From Tubulanus polymorphus (lineage: Eukaryota > Animalia > Nemertea): a stretch of 64,000 nt of DNA. The translations under genes were made by a program, and so were the position numbers. Below are positions 13,747-26,629 of this stretch, one piece after another. Where the stretch lies: contig NC_134027.1 of the NCBI RefSeq assembly GCF_964204645.1, positions 22,716,560 through 22,780,559 on the forward strand. Direction: 5' to 3'. Position 1 is the first letter of the stretch. The number at the start of each line of letters is the position of its first letter. The notes beneath the pieces are model-generated. The model ran no database searches, was not told where the DNA came from, and saw only the letters and a program-made list of their open reading frames with translations.

Positions 13747-14076
13747 ATGGCTTCGGACATCGCGAACGAGCAGGACGACGCGCTGCTCTTGTCGCCGTCG
13801 ACGGACAACATGAACGGGCTGGCGGCGACCGACACGCCGAACACGATCGAGGAATATAACCAGATGAAAACGTCGACGACGACGTCTGCGCCGAGTACGC
13901 CGCAGCGCAAATCGCTGACCGGTCCGAAGTACAAGCTGATCAACGACGCGGAAACGCTCGTGTGTCGAGTCAACCACACGCGCACGATCGTCAGCAAAAT
14001 CATGAACTCGAAATATCTGCGACGTTGGGAAACGCATCGGATGATTCTCGGCGAAGAAGAAATTCGATCGTCGTCG
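13747..14076 (+). CDS. CMIP: CMIP-like protein, coding exon 1 (start of PH domain)
   Basis: MASDIANEQ...KYKLINDAETLVCRVNHTRTIVSKIMNSKYLRRWETH resembles CMIP KYKLL..SKILTSKFLRRWEPH; donor TCG|gtaagt, phase 0. The choice of start codon is less certain than the exon itself. Confidence 0.9.
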
Positions 14077-14224
14077 GTAAGTATTTTCGTTCTAGTTCTA
14101 CCTACCTAGTTCTACCTATTAGGCCTACTGGCCAAATTCATCATGTTGAAGATTTTTGCCAGGTACGGACTTTTCTTGTTAAATCAGTGAGTCGACCGGC
14201 ACTGATATGTGTCCTACCTGTATA

Positions 14225-14300
14225 ACACAGTTTCACTAGGATTCAAACCCACAACCTCTAGGTTGAGGGTCAAACGCCTTATCCACCATGCCACAGGACA
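14225..14300 (-). mobile_element. tRNA-like SINE head fragment
   Basis: gtggcatggtggataaggcg ... gggtttgaatcct (A and B boxes); no complete cloverleaf. Confidence 0.5.
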
Positions 14301-14434
14301 GGACCAATTTGTTGTTCAGCTTTAAACGCTCTTGGGGGCGGGGTGAGGGGGGTAGGCCTATCAGTTGCTCAAAAGTTGGTTAAAGACAACCGGTGGACGA
14401 TTGAACTTCTAATTGTCGCTATGTCAACTATCCG

Positions 14435-14692
14435 CAGGGGCGGATCCAGCAGGTGAATTTGAGATATTCCTCAAAATTATTGCTCAATGGTAGGCCCTAT
14501 GCCTGGGATGAATCTCATTAAATGGGGGTTTGGGGTTCCGCCCCAAGAAATATTAGAAAAATGACTCATTTTCTTTGTATCGAAAGGCATTCCGGACCTG
14601 TTAGATTAGGGTACAACTAGAACATAGGCCTATGTTATTCAGATTTTTCCGACCTGGAATACAGTGGAATATATAGCTTAGATCCGGCCCTG
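14435..14692. mobile_element. CAGGGGCGGATC MITE nested in a Harbinger-like MITE
   Basis: Flanked by tatccg direct repeats (14429-14434 and 14693-14698); the host element resumes after it. Confidence 0.7.
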
Positions 14693-16299
14693 TATCCGAG
14701 CTTGTTATCTTTACCAACCTTTCAACAACTGGCCCACGTTGATCAACCTATAGAGAATTATAGTTTGGCGAAGTGAAAAACTGAGGTCGTGATTCGGTCC
14801 CGGTATCGGAGAAATTGTGTTCCTTATTATTCGATGATAGGCCTAAGACAATGAGAACTAATGTTCGTTCGGATTGTCAGATTATCGCGAGATAAATCTC
14901 CCCGACATTGGTTCTGATTGTTGGAGACCATCGTTTTTATGTCCATTGAAATATTATTATCCGTGAAAAGTGACTTCATTTCAAGAACTATCAATTTTCA
15001 TAATGTGGTACTATGCCTGCCAAGTAGGGCCTGAAATGATTTTCAATAAATCATCAAAAATCATGGTCGTAGGTAGGCTATAGGCTATGGAAACTCAGGA
15101 CCCAGTTCCACGAGTAAAGATTTGACTCGGAGTTAACTTAATTGCGAATGAACTAATTCTAATTCGGAGTTTTCTCACGACTGTGGATCCGGGAAACATT
15201 GGCTTTTAAAGTATGAGAATATGGCTGATCTTTACTCTATCCATCATGAGAAAATGAAGACTTTTTGGCAATCCATCAGTAAAGGCCTACAGCGTAAAAT
15301 GGATACGGTACAATGTTTATTCAGATTGCACAGTTTCACTGGTATTAAGACAGATTTGAGGGATTTAGCTAAATATCCCAAAATATTGATCCTAAAAATT
15401 GATCCTTAACAAAAATGAGTAGACTGAATTAGTACACCTTATAGGCCTAGGCCTAAAGCTGTTTAAATGAACAGCATAGATGGGCAGCTGAACTAAGCCA
15501 TTTCTATTTGGCTTATCATTATTTACACTGCTTTGAAGGATTGCTAAAAAGTCAACTTCCAATGCGGTTTTATAGAGGAAAGAGACTTGAATATGAACGT
15601 CACAAAATTTCCTATGTCTCCATGCCCATGAACTATGAACGCGTGTTTCCCTGTTTATAGTTCTTCTGCGATGTACCCCAGCGATTATACATCGAGCAAT
15701 CTGATTTGTGCCGCAAGTTTTCGCGCGGCAAAGCTGCGCATGTACCTGCGCACCCGGTCTACTGTGGCAGGGTTTCGTGCTGTGGCTGAGTGTAGCGATG
15801 CCATCAGGTTCGAATCCCTGCCGAGGAAGGATGAAATTAACTGGCTAATAGGCCTAGTCATAGAATCAAGCTTTAGACTGGTCTTAAATCTGAGACACAG
15901 CCCCTGGCCCTTTGGGAGTCAAAGAATTGGAAGAAAGACAGCTTATGCAGTTATTTTAACTTCAAGCCCCGTCCACCTGATATGTTTTGATTATCAGGTT
16001 ATAGGCTAGTCATGTATTGAGTGGAATTCACGGAACAAGGCTCAAACATTGTTTTATGGGGAAGTGACACAGATAATAAAGTATATTTATTTGATTTACG
16101 AGTAGGATTTACAATGAGTTCGAGCTGTTTGACGAACGGATGTTTGCTTTAAACGCAGATAATGATAATATCAACAATCGGTTCAGATCGAAAAACGAAA
16201 AATAGCACGGTTCATAGCTCGCTCCTTCAAAGTCATGGAATTACGATCCTTACATCCACTAATACGATTTTACTAAATTTACTCATCTCATTTATCACC

Positions 16300-16542
16300 C
16301 AATTTTACGGCCACCGCGCCTTTGCCTCAGTAGCTCCAATCTTATGGAATGCTTTACCTTTTAGAATAAGATCCTGCAGCGATGTACTTTTAAAACTGAG
16401 CTGAAAACTTTTCTTTTTTGGCAATATTTTAATTGACTGTTCTTATTTGTTTTTTTATAGTCTTGTATATTTGTAAACCGCGCTGAAATGTATACGGAGC
16501 GCGGTATATAAGAAATAAATATTATTATTATTATTATTATTA
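16300..16542 (+). mobile_element. L2-type LINE 3' end fragment
   Basis: Encodes YGHRAFASVAPILWNALPFRIR, then a 3' stem-loop, aataaa and a (TTA)n tail. Confidence 0.75.
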
Positions 16543-17134
16543 TAAAGATGTAGGAATAGGCCTAGGTCAATTCAAGGCCTTGAAAGTCATGGAATGGGCT
16601 CGAAAATCCTTGAATCATGGTCATGGTCCTTGAATGGCATCTGCCTTACCACGCGAATACAATTTGAAACTTTTGGTTGTATATAATCTATTATCTAACT
16701 ATAGTATAGGCCTATACATTATATCAGATCTGGTCATTGTATTATTTGGTGTGGTACCCTAGTCCGGTAAGAATGACATTCAGTGGGGCCAGGGAGGAAT
16801 CGGTAGGGAATTTGTTTTAAGCGGTCATTTTAGTTCAGTCGAGGACATGTCCTGGGGCCTGATTGATAGACAGTATTTAGCCTATCAACAGTTAGTACAA
16901 CTCGAGCCGGGTCATGGAATCGGGATCAAAAAGGTCCTTGCAAATATTTTATCATAAAACCAGCGGTGAAACACTGTAGCGATATATTGAAAATCCTACA
17001 CTATTATAACTGATAGTCGAAACGTCGAGTGAATATAAATTTATAGCTTAAAGGAAACTTTTCGCACTTTATCTTCTGTTATTTAGGTCCAAACAGGCAT
17101 GGGCTTATTTGGCGCCTCTAGTTTATGAGGGGAC

Positions 17135-18322
17135 AAGAAACCTTGGGAACCTTTTGATAATGCCATGGGTAGTGCTCAGTGGGCTGAGGCTAACAAGAAA
17201 CCTAAAACCTTTTGATGATGCCCTGAGTAGTGCTCAGTGGGCTGAGGCTAACAAGAAACCTCAAACCTTCTGATGATGCCCTTGGAAGTGCTCAGTGGCC
17301 TGAGGCTAACAAGAAACCTAAAACCTGATGATGATGCCCTTGGAAGTGCTCAGTGGGCTGAGGGTAACAAGAGACCTCAAACCTTTTGATGATGCCCTTG
17401 GAAGTGCTCTGTGGGCTGAGGGTAACAAGAGACCTCAAACCTTTTGATGATGCCCTTGGAAGTGCTCAGTGGGCTGAGGCTAACAAGAAACCTCAAACCT
17501 TTTGATGATGCCCTTGGAAGTGCTCTATGGGCTGAAGGTAACAAGAGACCTCAAACCTTTTGATGATGCCCTTGGAAGTGCTCTGTGGGCTGAGGGTAAC
17601 AAGAGACCTCAAACCTTTTGATGATGCCCTTGGAAGTGCTCAGTGGGCTGAGGCTAACAAGAAACCTCAAACCTTTTGATGATGCCCTTGGAAGTGCTCT
17701 GTGGGCTGAGGGTAACAAGAGACCTCAAACCTTTTGATGATGCCCTTGGAAGTGCTCAGTGGGCTGAGGGTAACAAGAAACCTCAAACCTTTTGATGATG
17801 CCCTTGGAAGTGCTCAGTGGGCTGAGGCTAACAAGAAACCTCAAACCTTTTGATGATGCCCTTGGAAGTGCTCTGTGGGCTGAGGGTAACAAGAGACCTC
17901 AAACCTTTTGATGATGCCCTTGGAAGTGCTCAGTGGGCTGAGGCTAACAAGAAACCTCAAACCTTTTGATGATGCCCTTGGAAGTGCTCAGTGGGCTGAG
18001 GCTAACAAGAAACCTCAAACCTTTTGATGATGCCCTTGGAAGTGCTCTGTGGGCTGAGGGTAACAAGAGACCTCAAACCTTTTGATGATGCCCTTGGAAG
18101 TGCTCAGTGGGCTGAGGCTAACAAGAAACCTCAAACCTTTTGATGATGCCCTTGGAAGTGCTCTGTGGGCTGAGGGTAACAAGAGACCTCAAACCTTTTG
18201 ATGATGCCCTTTGAAGTGCTCAGTGGGCTGAGGCTAACAAGAAACCTCAAACCTTTTGATGATGCCCTTGGAAGTGCTCTGTGGGCTGAGGCTAACAAGA
18301 AACCTAAAACCTTTTGATGATT
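17135..18322 (+). repeat. 58-bp tandem array (about 20 copies)
   Basis: Unit ccttttgatgatgcccttggaagtgctc(a/t)gtgggctgagg(c/g)taacaaga(a/g)acctcaaa. Confidence 0.95.
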
Positions 18323-18984
18323 TCCTGCTTCAAATGCTTCAATTTCTTCCTGCGTCAGAATGCATCAAATAAACATCATTTATTAAACTGACAAAACCTC
18401 GTTCTCCCAATTCCTACATTTGACCTATTTTCTTTTTCGTAACCGATGCGAATCAACTTGGTCAGCGAATATACCTTTAGCTGCACTGCTGAACAGAAGG
18501 CTTTCCCCCTGGGTGAAAAAAAAAACAAACAGTGGCTAGAGTGATAAAAAATCATATGATCATCTATGAGTGCATGATGCATGTAGCGGAGTGTGCACTG
18601 TACTACTGTTAGCTCATAACGGCAGCAGCAGCAGCAGCGGCAGATTTCGTGTGAGACCCCATGTAACCATAGTTACGCCGTAGTCGTACTCCCCGACACT
18701 CGCCGAGACTCTCGTAGTCGTCGTCTGTGTGTGTGTGTCTTGTCAGCCTAGTCCTCTCTCTCTCTCCTCTCTCCCCGCTTTTTCTTATCACGGTTGTTTT
18801 ACTTACTGAGTAAGAATCAGTGCAGCGGAGAGAGGGAGAAAGAGAGAGATAGTCGGCTCTGTGAAAGATGATGCGTAATGTACTAAGTAGCTTCTGTCTA
18901 CGTTTGAATAATAGGTCTTTGTGTCCGACATTTATCGCTATGAATCGATCAATCTCGTAGACAAACTCTTCTATCATTACCGGT

Positions 18985-19680
18985 CTGCATCCAGTTCCAC
19001 AGTTGTATAGGTTTAATTTGACTCTGGATCCAGTTCCGCAGTTGTATCAGTTTAATTTGACTCTGGATCCAGTTCCACAGTTGAGTTGAATTTGACTGTG
19101 AACTCAGTTCCACAGTTGTGTGGGATAAACATGACCCTCAATCCTGATCCACAGTTATGTGGGTTTAATTTGACTATGGATCCAGTTTCACAGTTGTATG
19201 GGTTTAATTTGATTCTGGATCCAGTTCCACAGTTGTATCGGTTTAATTTGACTCTGGATCCAGTTCCACAGTTGTGCGGGTTTAATTTGACTATGGATCG
19301 AGTTTCGCAGTTGTCTGGGTCTAATTTGCATATGGATCCAGTTCGGCAGTAGTATGGGTTTATTTTGAGTCTGGATTCAGTTCCACAGTTGTATGGGTTT
19401 AATTTGATTCTGGATCCAGTTCCGCAGTTGTATCGGTTTAATTTGACTCTGGATCCAGTTCCACAGTTGTGTGGGTTAAACATGACCCTCAATCCAGTTC
19501 CACAGTTGTGCGGGTTTAATTTGACTATGGATCCAGTTTCGCAGTTGTCTGGGTCTAATTTGCATATGGATCCAGTTCGGCAGTAGTATGGGTTTATTTT
19601 GAGTCTGGATTCAGTTCCACAGTTGCATGCGTTTAATGTGGATGCATTTCTTCAGTTGTATGGGTTTTATTTGATTATAG
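18985..19680 (+). repeat. 39-bp minisatellite array
   Basis: About 17 units of ggatccagttccacagttgtgtgggtttaatttgactct. Confidence 0.9.
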
Positions 19681-20088
19681 CAAAACGTTTCAAATTTAAG
19701 CTTTCAATTCGAACAGTGTTTTTTAACTGAGTCACTTTAAACCTTGAAACTGCTTTACAATCCATTAGGCAGATCATGCAAAAGAAATTAAAACGTTATT
19801 CACGATCGAAAATTAATTGCTCGCTGAAAAATACCAATCCACGCGGGAAATAGACTTTATTCATTTGGAAAAATCGTCATTTCGAAAATCGATTGTTTAC
19901 GTTGGTGCGAAATTACTACAAATTCACTTCTTTTTGGCTAAAGAAAAATGATACCTTGTTTCTCCGCGCCTAGTCGTTTTTGTAAAATATGATAGAATTT
20001 GTAATCAGTTAATCTCTATAGCTGCTGGGTCTGTTATGGTGAAATTGATCGTCTAACAGGCTCTAGTTGAATCTTTGCAAATTAATAC

Positions 20089-20315
20089 TTAACCCTTTCA
20101 GTGCGTCTACACCGCAGTGCGGTGTATAAATCAGTGATAAATTTTGCTAGTACACCGCACTGCGGTCTATTGTTGTATTTAGTAATTAGTAATTATCTCT
20201 CTTGAAAAATGGCAGCACGTGTCAAACATAGTGAAATATTAGTAACTAACGATACACCGCCCTGCGTAGACACACCATAGTGGTATTCCCGTTATTCAAC
20301 AAACAAGAGTGGAAT
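20089..20315 (+). mobile_element. piggyBac-like MITE family A, 3'-truncated
   Basis: TTAACCCTTTCAGTGCGTCTACACCGCAG start; second TIR missing. Confidence 0.8.
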
Positions 20316-20924
20316 GTATTTAATTTATTTATAGAAGTTATCACCAGCATCGAACCCCCTATATGTCGACGATGAATCATCGAAACGAAAATAACGCGAA
20401 TTATTAGTTAATAGCTCGGATGTATATAAGTTCGCAAATTCGTTGGCGCGGTTTAATCAATTGCGCGCGGCCCCGATCGTTAACGTCATAGTTGACACTT
20501 ATTATTCGACAACGGCTCACAGGATCCACACCCAGGCCCGAGGGACGATGACGATCTTAACGCGCGTTCGATTCGTCGAAATATCAATTATCGGTGGAAA
20601 TTTGGGCGTGACGACGACGACGACGAAGCATCGACTTGAGCGAGTTGGTTATAAATATCCATAAACGGCTATGAATAGTATCAACTTCACGAGTGACGCG
20701 ATGAATCGTGCGCTCGCACCTCGTAATGTATATTTATGATGAATTGATTGATTTGAAGTGCATGATTCAGCAAAAGATCGAGAGTTGTCATCTTTCAACG
20801 TCGAGTGATCTCGCGATGTTGCCTGTCTTCTTGTTTTTTTCGCGCGAAATAATTTTCGTCTCGAGTTGCTAGAGCGCGGATATTTTCGTACTTTGGGGCG
20901 ATTTGTTAGTGTCGTTCTCAAGAC

Positions 20925-21640
20925 CTCTCTCGCTCCTCTGTCTACCTCTCCCTCCTCTGTCTACCTCTCTCCCTCTGTCTACCTCTTCTCTCTACCTCTG
21001 TTCCTGTCTACCTCTCCCTCCCTCTATCTACCTCTCCTCTCTACCTCTCCCTCCCTCTATCTACCTCTCCTCTCTACCTCTCTACCTCTGACCTCTGTCT
21101 ATACCTCTCCCTCCCTCTATCTACCTCTCCTCTCTACCTCTCTACCTCTGACCTCTGTCTATACCTCTCCCTCCCTCTGTCTACCTCTCCTCTCTATCTC
21201 TGACCTGTCTACCTCTCTCCCTCTGTCTACCTCTCTCCCTCTGTCTACCTCTCTCCCTCTGTCTATCTCTCCTCTCTACCTCTGACCTCTTTCTACCTCT
21301 TCCCCCTCTGTCTACCTCTTCCCCCTCTGTCTACCTCTCTCCCTCTGTCTACCTTTCCCTCCCTGTCTACCTCTCTCCCTCTGTCTACCTCTCTCCCTCT
21401 GTCTACCTCTTCCCCCTCTGTCTACCTCTTCCCCCTCCGTCTACCTCTCTCCCTCTGTCTACCTTTCCCTCCCTCTGTCTACCTCTCCTCTCTACCTCTC
21501 CCTCTGCTTACCTCCCCCAACCTCTGTTTACCTCTATCTTTCTCTCTGTGTCTACCTCTCCCCTCTGCCTCTACCTGTCTACCTCTTCTATCTATGTCTC
21601 TCTCCCTCTGTCTAACTCTCCTTCCCTCTACCTCTCCTAA
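20925..21640 (+). repeat. Pyrimidine-rich (ctctgtctacctctctcc)n repeat
   Basis: Seen directly. Confidence 0.9.
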
Positions 21641-23519
21641 ATACACTTATATACATCAAAACTGCAGGCCTGCCTCATAAAAAATGTGAACAGTGTTCCA
21701 TAAAACAGGAGCTACTTTATAGCAAATGATCTAAGGCCATACCTTATCTTTATTAACTCTAAAAAAGGCTAACGGTCGATATCATCTCCTGTCAGGCTAA
21801 ATAATTGATACCTTGTTTCTCATTATTTTCTGCTGAGCTGTAAAATCAACCCGGCCGGCTGCCTATCCACCCTGTACCGTATTTTCTAAATCATGATCGA
21901 GCTAGCGATAACAGACCCGGCAGTTAGAGAAATGAAATGATTACGAATTTTATGGCGGTTTACAAAATGAACCCGGCGCCGATTAGGAGAACGAACGTAT
22001 CATATTTTCAGCCTAAAAGGTTAACGGGTTGCTATAATCCGCGTAAAGCGTTAATCAATTTACGAAGATCTATCGCCGATAAATGCGCGCGTACATACAG
22101 CTGTGAATTCGGACCCTGCTCGTTTTACTTTATCGTTAGCGCGCGGTGGTCGGGATATTTTTTCCCAGTCACGACATTTCAGCGTCTGGCATTTGTAAAT
22201 AGAAACCGCGGAGAACGTCGACGCACGAATGATGTTTAGTAATAAGAGTGGATATTCATTCAACCAGTAATCGCAGCAGCGGCAGCAGCAGCAGCAGCCA
22301 GGCTGAGAGCTGAGTGAGATGTTTAATGGTTTCTCCGCGGTATCCTCACTGATGATAGTATAAACAGCACGTAAACACCTTATACGGGTTCTGGTCATAT
22401 TCCCGACTTTCACGCGTATTAGGGTTTTCTGCTACACTTTGTGCAAAAAACCCTTGATTGATATTCCTGCGATTATTATTATTTTCCTTCCTGTTTCCAG
22501 CCAGTGAAAATGTTCATGAAATGCGTCGTCAAATATGCTTGTTTCTTAACGTGACGTTACATTCTGACTGAAATATTCAACAAATTCCCTGAACCAGTAG
22601 ATTCTTCTTTAAGTCTATTTCAAAGTTATTTACTTAAACCTCTGTCCAGAAATGAAGTACTGTGTATAATTGCTGTTGGATATTGCACGCACACTTGTTT
22701 TCTGCCTTTTTGTCGAGTAGAAAATGGATGGCTGCGAAAATATCTGAATCTCTGGCATCCATTTCATTAACATTCTGCGTTTCCTCTAATTATGATGCAA
22801 GGTTGAACGAATTAAATTTCTTCCCTTCCTTTCAAATGTGAAATGCGCCACATAGACCAGACTTCAGTTCAAAATTGGTCTTAGATGTTAAGATTGGTCT
22901 TAAGTTGCTAGATTGACTATAGAACTAAGATCATCTAAGCCAAGATACGACAACTGGCCTCTGAACTGTAGAACTATAGATCCACGACCCAATTGCGTAG
23001 TTCTCGACTTATTTCGATTCCCAAGATTTGAAATAAGGTCCTTTTATCGGAATCAGATTATAATGGGAGAACTTTCGAACTGGATCCACAACTCCGCTGG
23101 CTAAACCGCTAAATCTTTTTAATGGCGGTCGTGGTGGTTTTTTTTGGCGTCTGCGATGGACAAGCGAATGCGAGAGGGTAAAATGTGTTACCTTACGCTC
23201 GTTCCGTGCGACAGAAATCAATATCGTCGACAGTTGCCACTAATTTGGGTGAGCTGTGCATCGCAATTAGCATTCAGGACGACGTGCGCGCGCTGATTCC
23301 TGTCGGTGTCGTGATGAATTTTGATTGGTTGTCGGATACTGTTAACGGCGCGGCGTCGGCCGGTAGCGCGGTATGTTAACCGGCCATCGTCGCCAAGACG
23401 GTTTGGCAGCATTTTTTTATTGGGTTCATAAATGAATCATCACTGAACGAATGGTTCTTGTAAATAAAAAGTAATCCCCACGAGTACGTTAGCTCTATGT
23501 AAGTCAGGTTTGCCCAATA

Positions 23520-24215
23520 TAGGTGCGGTTACCACAATGTAGGTCATTGTAGGTGCGTCTACCTCAACGTAAATTCAGTTAGCTCAATGAAGGTTCAGTT
23601 AGCTCAATGTAGGTCCTGTTAGTTCAATGTAGGCCCAGTTTGCTCAATGTAGGTTAATTTAGCTCAATGTAGGTCCAGTTAGTTCAATGTCGGCCCAGTT
23701 TGCTCAATGTAGGTTCATTTAGCTCAATGTAGTTCCAGTTAGTTCAATGTAGGCCCAGTTTGCTCAATGTAGGTTAATTTAGCTCAATGTAGGTCCAGTT
23801 AGTTCAATGTAGGCCCAGTTTGCTCAATGTAGGTTCATTTAGCTCAATGTAGTTCCAGTTAGTTCAATGTAGGCCCAATTAGCTCAATGTAGGTTCAGTT
23901 GGCTCAATATAGGTCCAATTAGCTTAATATAGATTCATTTAGCTCAATGTAGATTCTCTAAGCCCAATGTATGTCCAGTTAGTTCAATGTAGGCCCAGTT
24001 AGCTCAAGGTACGTTCAGTTAGCTCAATGAAGGTTAAATTAGTTCAATGTAGGTCCTGTAAGTTCAATGTAGACCCAGTTAGCTCAATGTAGATCCAGTT
24101 AACTGCTCAATGTAGGTTCAGTTTACTCAATGTAGGTTCAGTTAGTTCAATGTAGGTCCAATTAGCTCAATGTAGGTCCGGTTAGCTCAATGTATTTAAG
24201 TTAGCTAAATTAGGT
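23520..24215 (+). repeat. 20-bp tandem array
   Basis: Unit agctcaatgtaggtccagtt; more than 30 copies. Confidence 0.9.
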
Positions 24216-25704
24216 CCGATCGAATTATGGCCTTGGTTTGGTAAACTCGGTGAGCTCGAAGTAGGTTTGATTAGCACAGATGATGTCAATATTGGCCAAT
24301 CAGAAATCATTTTCATGCGACTAACCTATACGCGTATAGCTGCGCACTCGGGCTAATCAGATGGGGCTGAGTTGATCGATGCCATCAGACCCAAATCCGT
24401 GTCAACGGAGGATGGGTCTGCCCTCCTACCGGCTCCAGTATGAGCCTGTGTGGCCAGTTACACAGTCTTGACTTAGAGTCCAAAAGAGGTCTTAAATCTT
24501 AAAACTGGTCTTAAGTTGTTAGATCGGCTATAGAACGCAGTTGGTCTTAGACTGGTCTTAAGTCTAAGCCGCGACTATGCGACCGGTCCCTGGTTCTTGT
24601 TGAGGAGCCGCTGACGTGATAAAAACACATATGTCCGTGTGTAGAGAAACACCGAAGTGCGTCTATACCCCGAACAGTCGTGGTATTCGGTAGTTATTCA
24701 GCTGGCAATCGCTTTCTCTTCCCTCGCCGCGTATAAATTTCCCCCCGCACGCCGCCGCCGCGCGCCGAATACAGCGCAGAACAAACACACGTTTTAACCT
24801 CGGTCGTAAAAAAATGCCGCTTTATAATCGCGGCGGCGTCTGCCGGAAGTATAGAATCAGATTTTCGGGCGAAACCGTCTCGGATAAACGAGATGATAGT
24901 ACGGCGTCGTCTAGTTCTTCAGCTGCGATGAAATCAATGCCATTTCGACATCTCGACGCGGGTTTCGTCGTCTTCGTCTTGTGGCGTTAAATTGTAGCTA
25001 TCGACGAGATTTTTCGCGGCATGTATTATACGGTGACCACTGACGAGCGATAAAAACCGAAAAAAAACTCTCGAGGGGAATTTGAATAATTTCGCGCTTA
25101 ACCCAATAGACCGACCGCACAACGTCCATTGACGTTCGACTTGTATCTCCGCAGAACGTCCGCTGTACTATAGCGCCACCTATATAAAGCTTAAGATAGT
25201 GTCAAAAATCTAGGAATAAACCCCGATACACGTAGAACATCGCGAAAAACAGCCAATTGTAACGATGTGACAAAATGTGAAAATTCCTGAGTTCATCAAT
25301 CTTACTCAGGCGTTATTAAAACTGCTTATTTTCTGCGAAGATCGATGCACTACTGCTCTACCGTAGATCCACTGATACTACGAAATCGGCGGTTAAAAAA
25401 AAAGAAGAGATTCACCTAATTCATTTCGATTTTTAACGATAAGCTCTTCCGTGAAGGTGGACGCCGTCTATGAAACCATCGTAGGCTTGTAACTGTTTTC
25501 ACTGACTTCGCTGCGTATCTAGTACCGACTACAATACGGATATTATCTGCTGATCAACTTACAGTTGTTTATCCGGTGTGTTTTTTATTATCCGGTCGAT
25601 GTTCAATGTGTATGATGTATTATACGTAGGTGTTATATTTATTGGTCAGGTGCTCGGTATTATAATCTTATACATAATACACGTACACACTAGATCGACA
25701 TGTC

Positions 25705-26405
25705 GGTTATGGGTTTAATTTGACTCCCGGACCAGTTCTACAGTTGTGTGGGTTTAATTTGATTCTGGATCCAGTTCCACAGTTTTGCAGGTTTAATTTG
25801 ATTCTGGACCTAGTCCGACTATGGAGGTTAGATTTGACTTTAAATCTAGTTATACAGTTGTATGGGTTTGATTTGACTCTGAACCCAATTCCACAGTTGT
25901 GTTGGGTTTCATTTGACTCTGGATCCAGTTCCGCAGTTGTTTGGATTCAATTTGACTCTAGACCCAGTTCCACAGTTGAGTGGATGTTCAATTTGACTCT
26001 GAATCCATTTCTACAGTTGTGTGGGTTTAATTTGACTCTGGATCCAGTTCTACAGTTGTGTGGGTTTGATTTGACTCTGGGCTCAGTTCCACAGTTGTGT
26101 AGGTTTAATCTGACTCTGGATCCAGTTCCCCAGTTATATGGGTTTCATTTGACTCTGGACCCAGTTCCATAGTTGTGTGGGTTTAATTTGATCCTATTTC
26201 CAGTTCCATAGTTGTGTGGTTTAATTGGACTCTGAATCCTGTTCCACAATTGTGTGTATTAATTTGACTCTGAATCCAGTTCCACAGTTTTTTAGTTTTG
26301 GACTATGTTTCCAGTCCCACAATTGTGTGGTTTTGGACGATGGATCGAGTTCCACAGTTGTGTAGGTTTCATTTGACTCTGAAGCCAGTTCTACAGTTGT
26401 GTATA
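25705..26405 (+). repeat. 39-bp minisatellite array
   Basis: Same unit. Confidence 0.9.
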
Positions 26406-26629
26406 GTTCTGCTGTGTGGTGCACGGCACGACAAGTTGTCGATAGATCCGGGATTCTATTAATACCGTTTTCAATTATTCATTCGATGGAGTCAAATTTT
26501 GTTTCGTCATCGAAGTGAATGAAATAACGATATGTCTTCATATTTCGCTTGTGTTTCGACGTTTAATCCATCGACGGAGATTGCTGCATTTTTGACGTAA
26601 ACAACTTTCTCGGTCTTTAAGGCGATTGA

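Noticed and set aside
17135-18322. CRISPR array, SECIS elements or hammerheads in the 58-bp repeat
   Set aside because: No unique spacers or cas genes, and the context is eukaryotic. The AUGA..AA..GA pattern has a short helix and lies in an intron of a non-selenoprotein gene. The hammerhead core is broken (UUGAUGA, no GAAA after the stem).
19052-19586. ORFs with LCGFNLTLDPVPQ / NPHNCGTGSRVKL repeats (also at 25720 and 50469-51223)
   Set aside because: Translations of the 39-bp satellite (a multiple of 3), open on both strands, with scattered stops and no splice context.
23520-24215. 20-bp array as a functional RNA or CRISPR-like locus
   Set aside because: Simple degenerate minisatellite with no spacers or recognisable structural motif.
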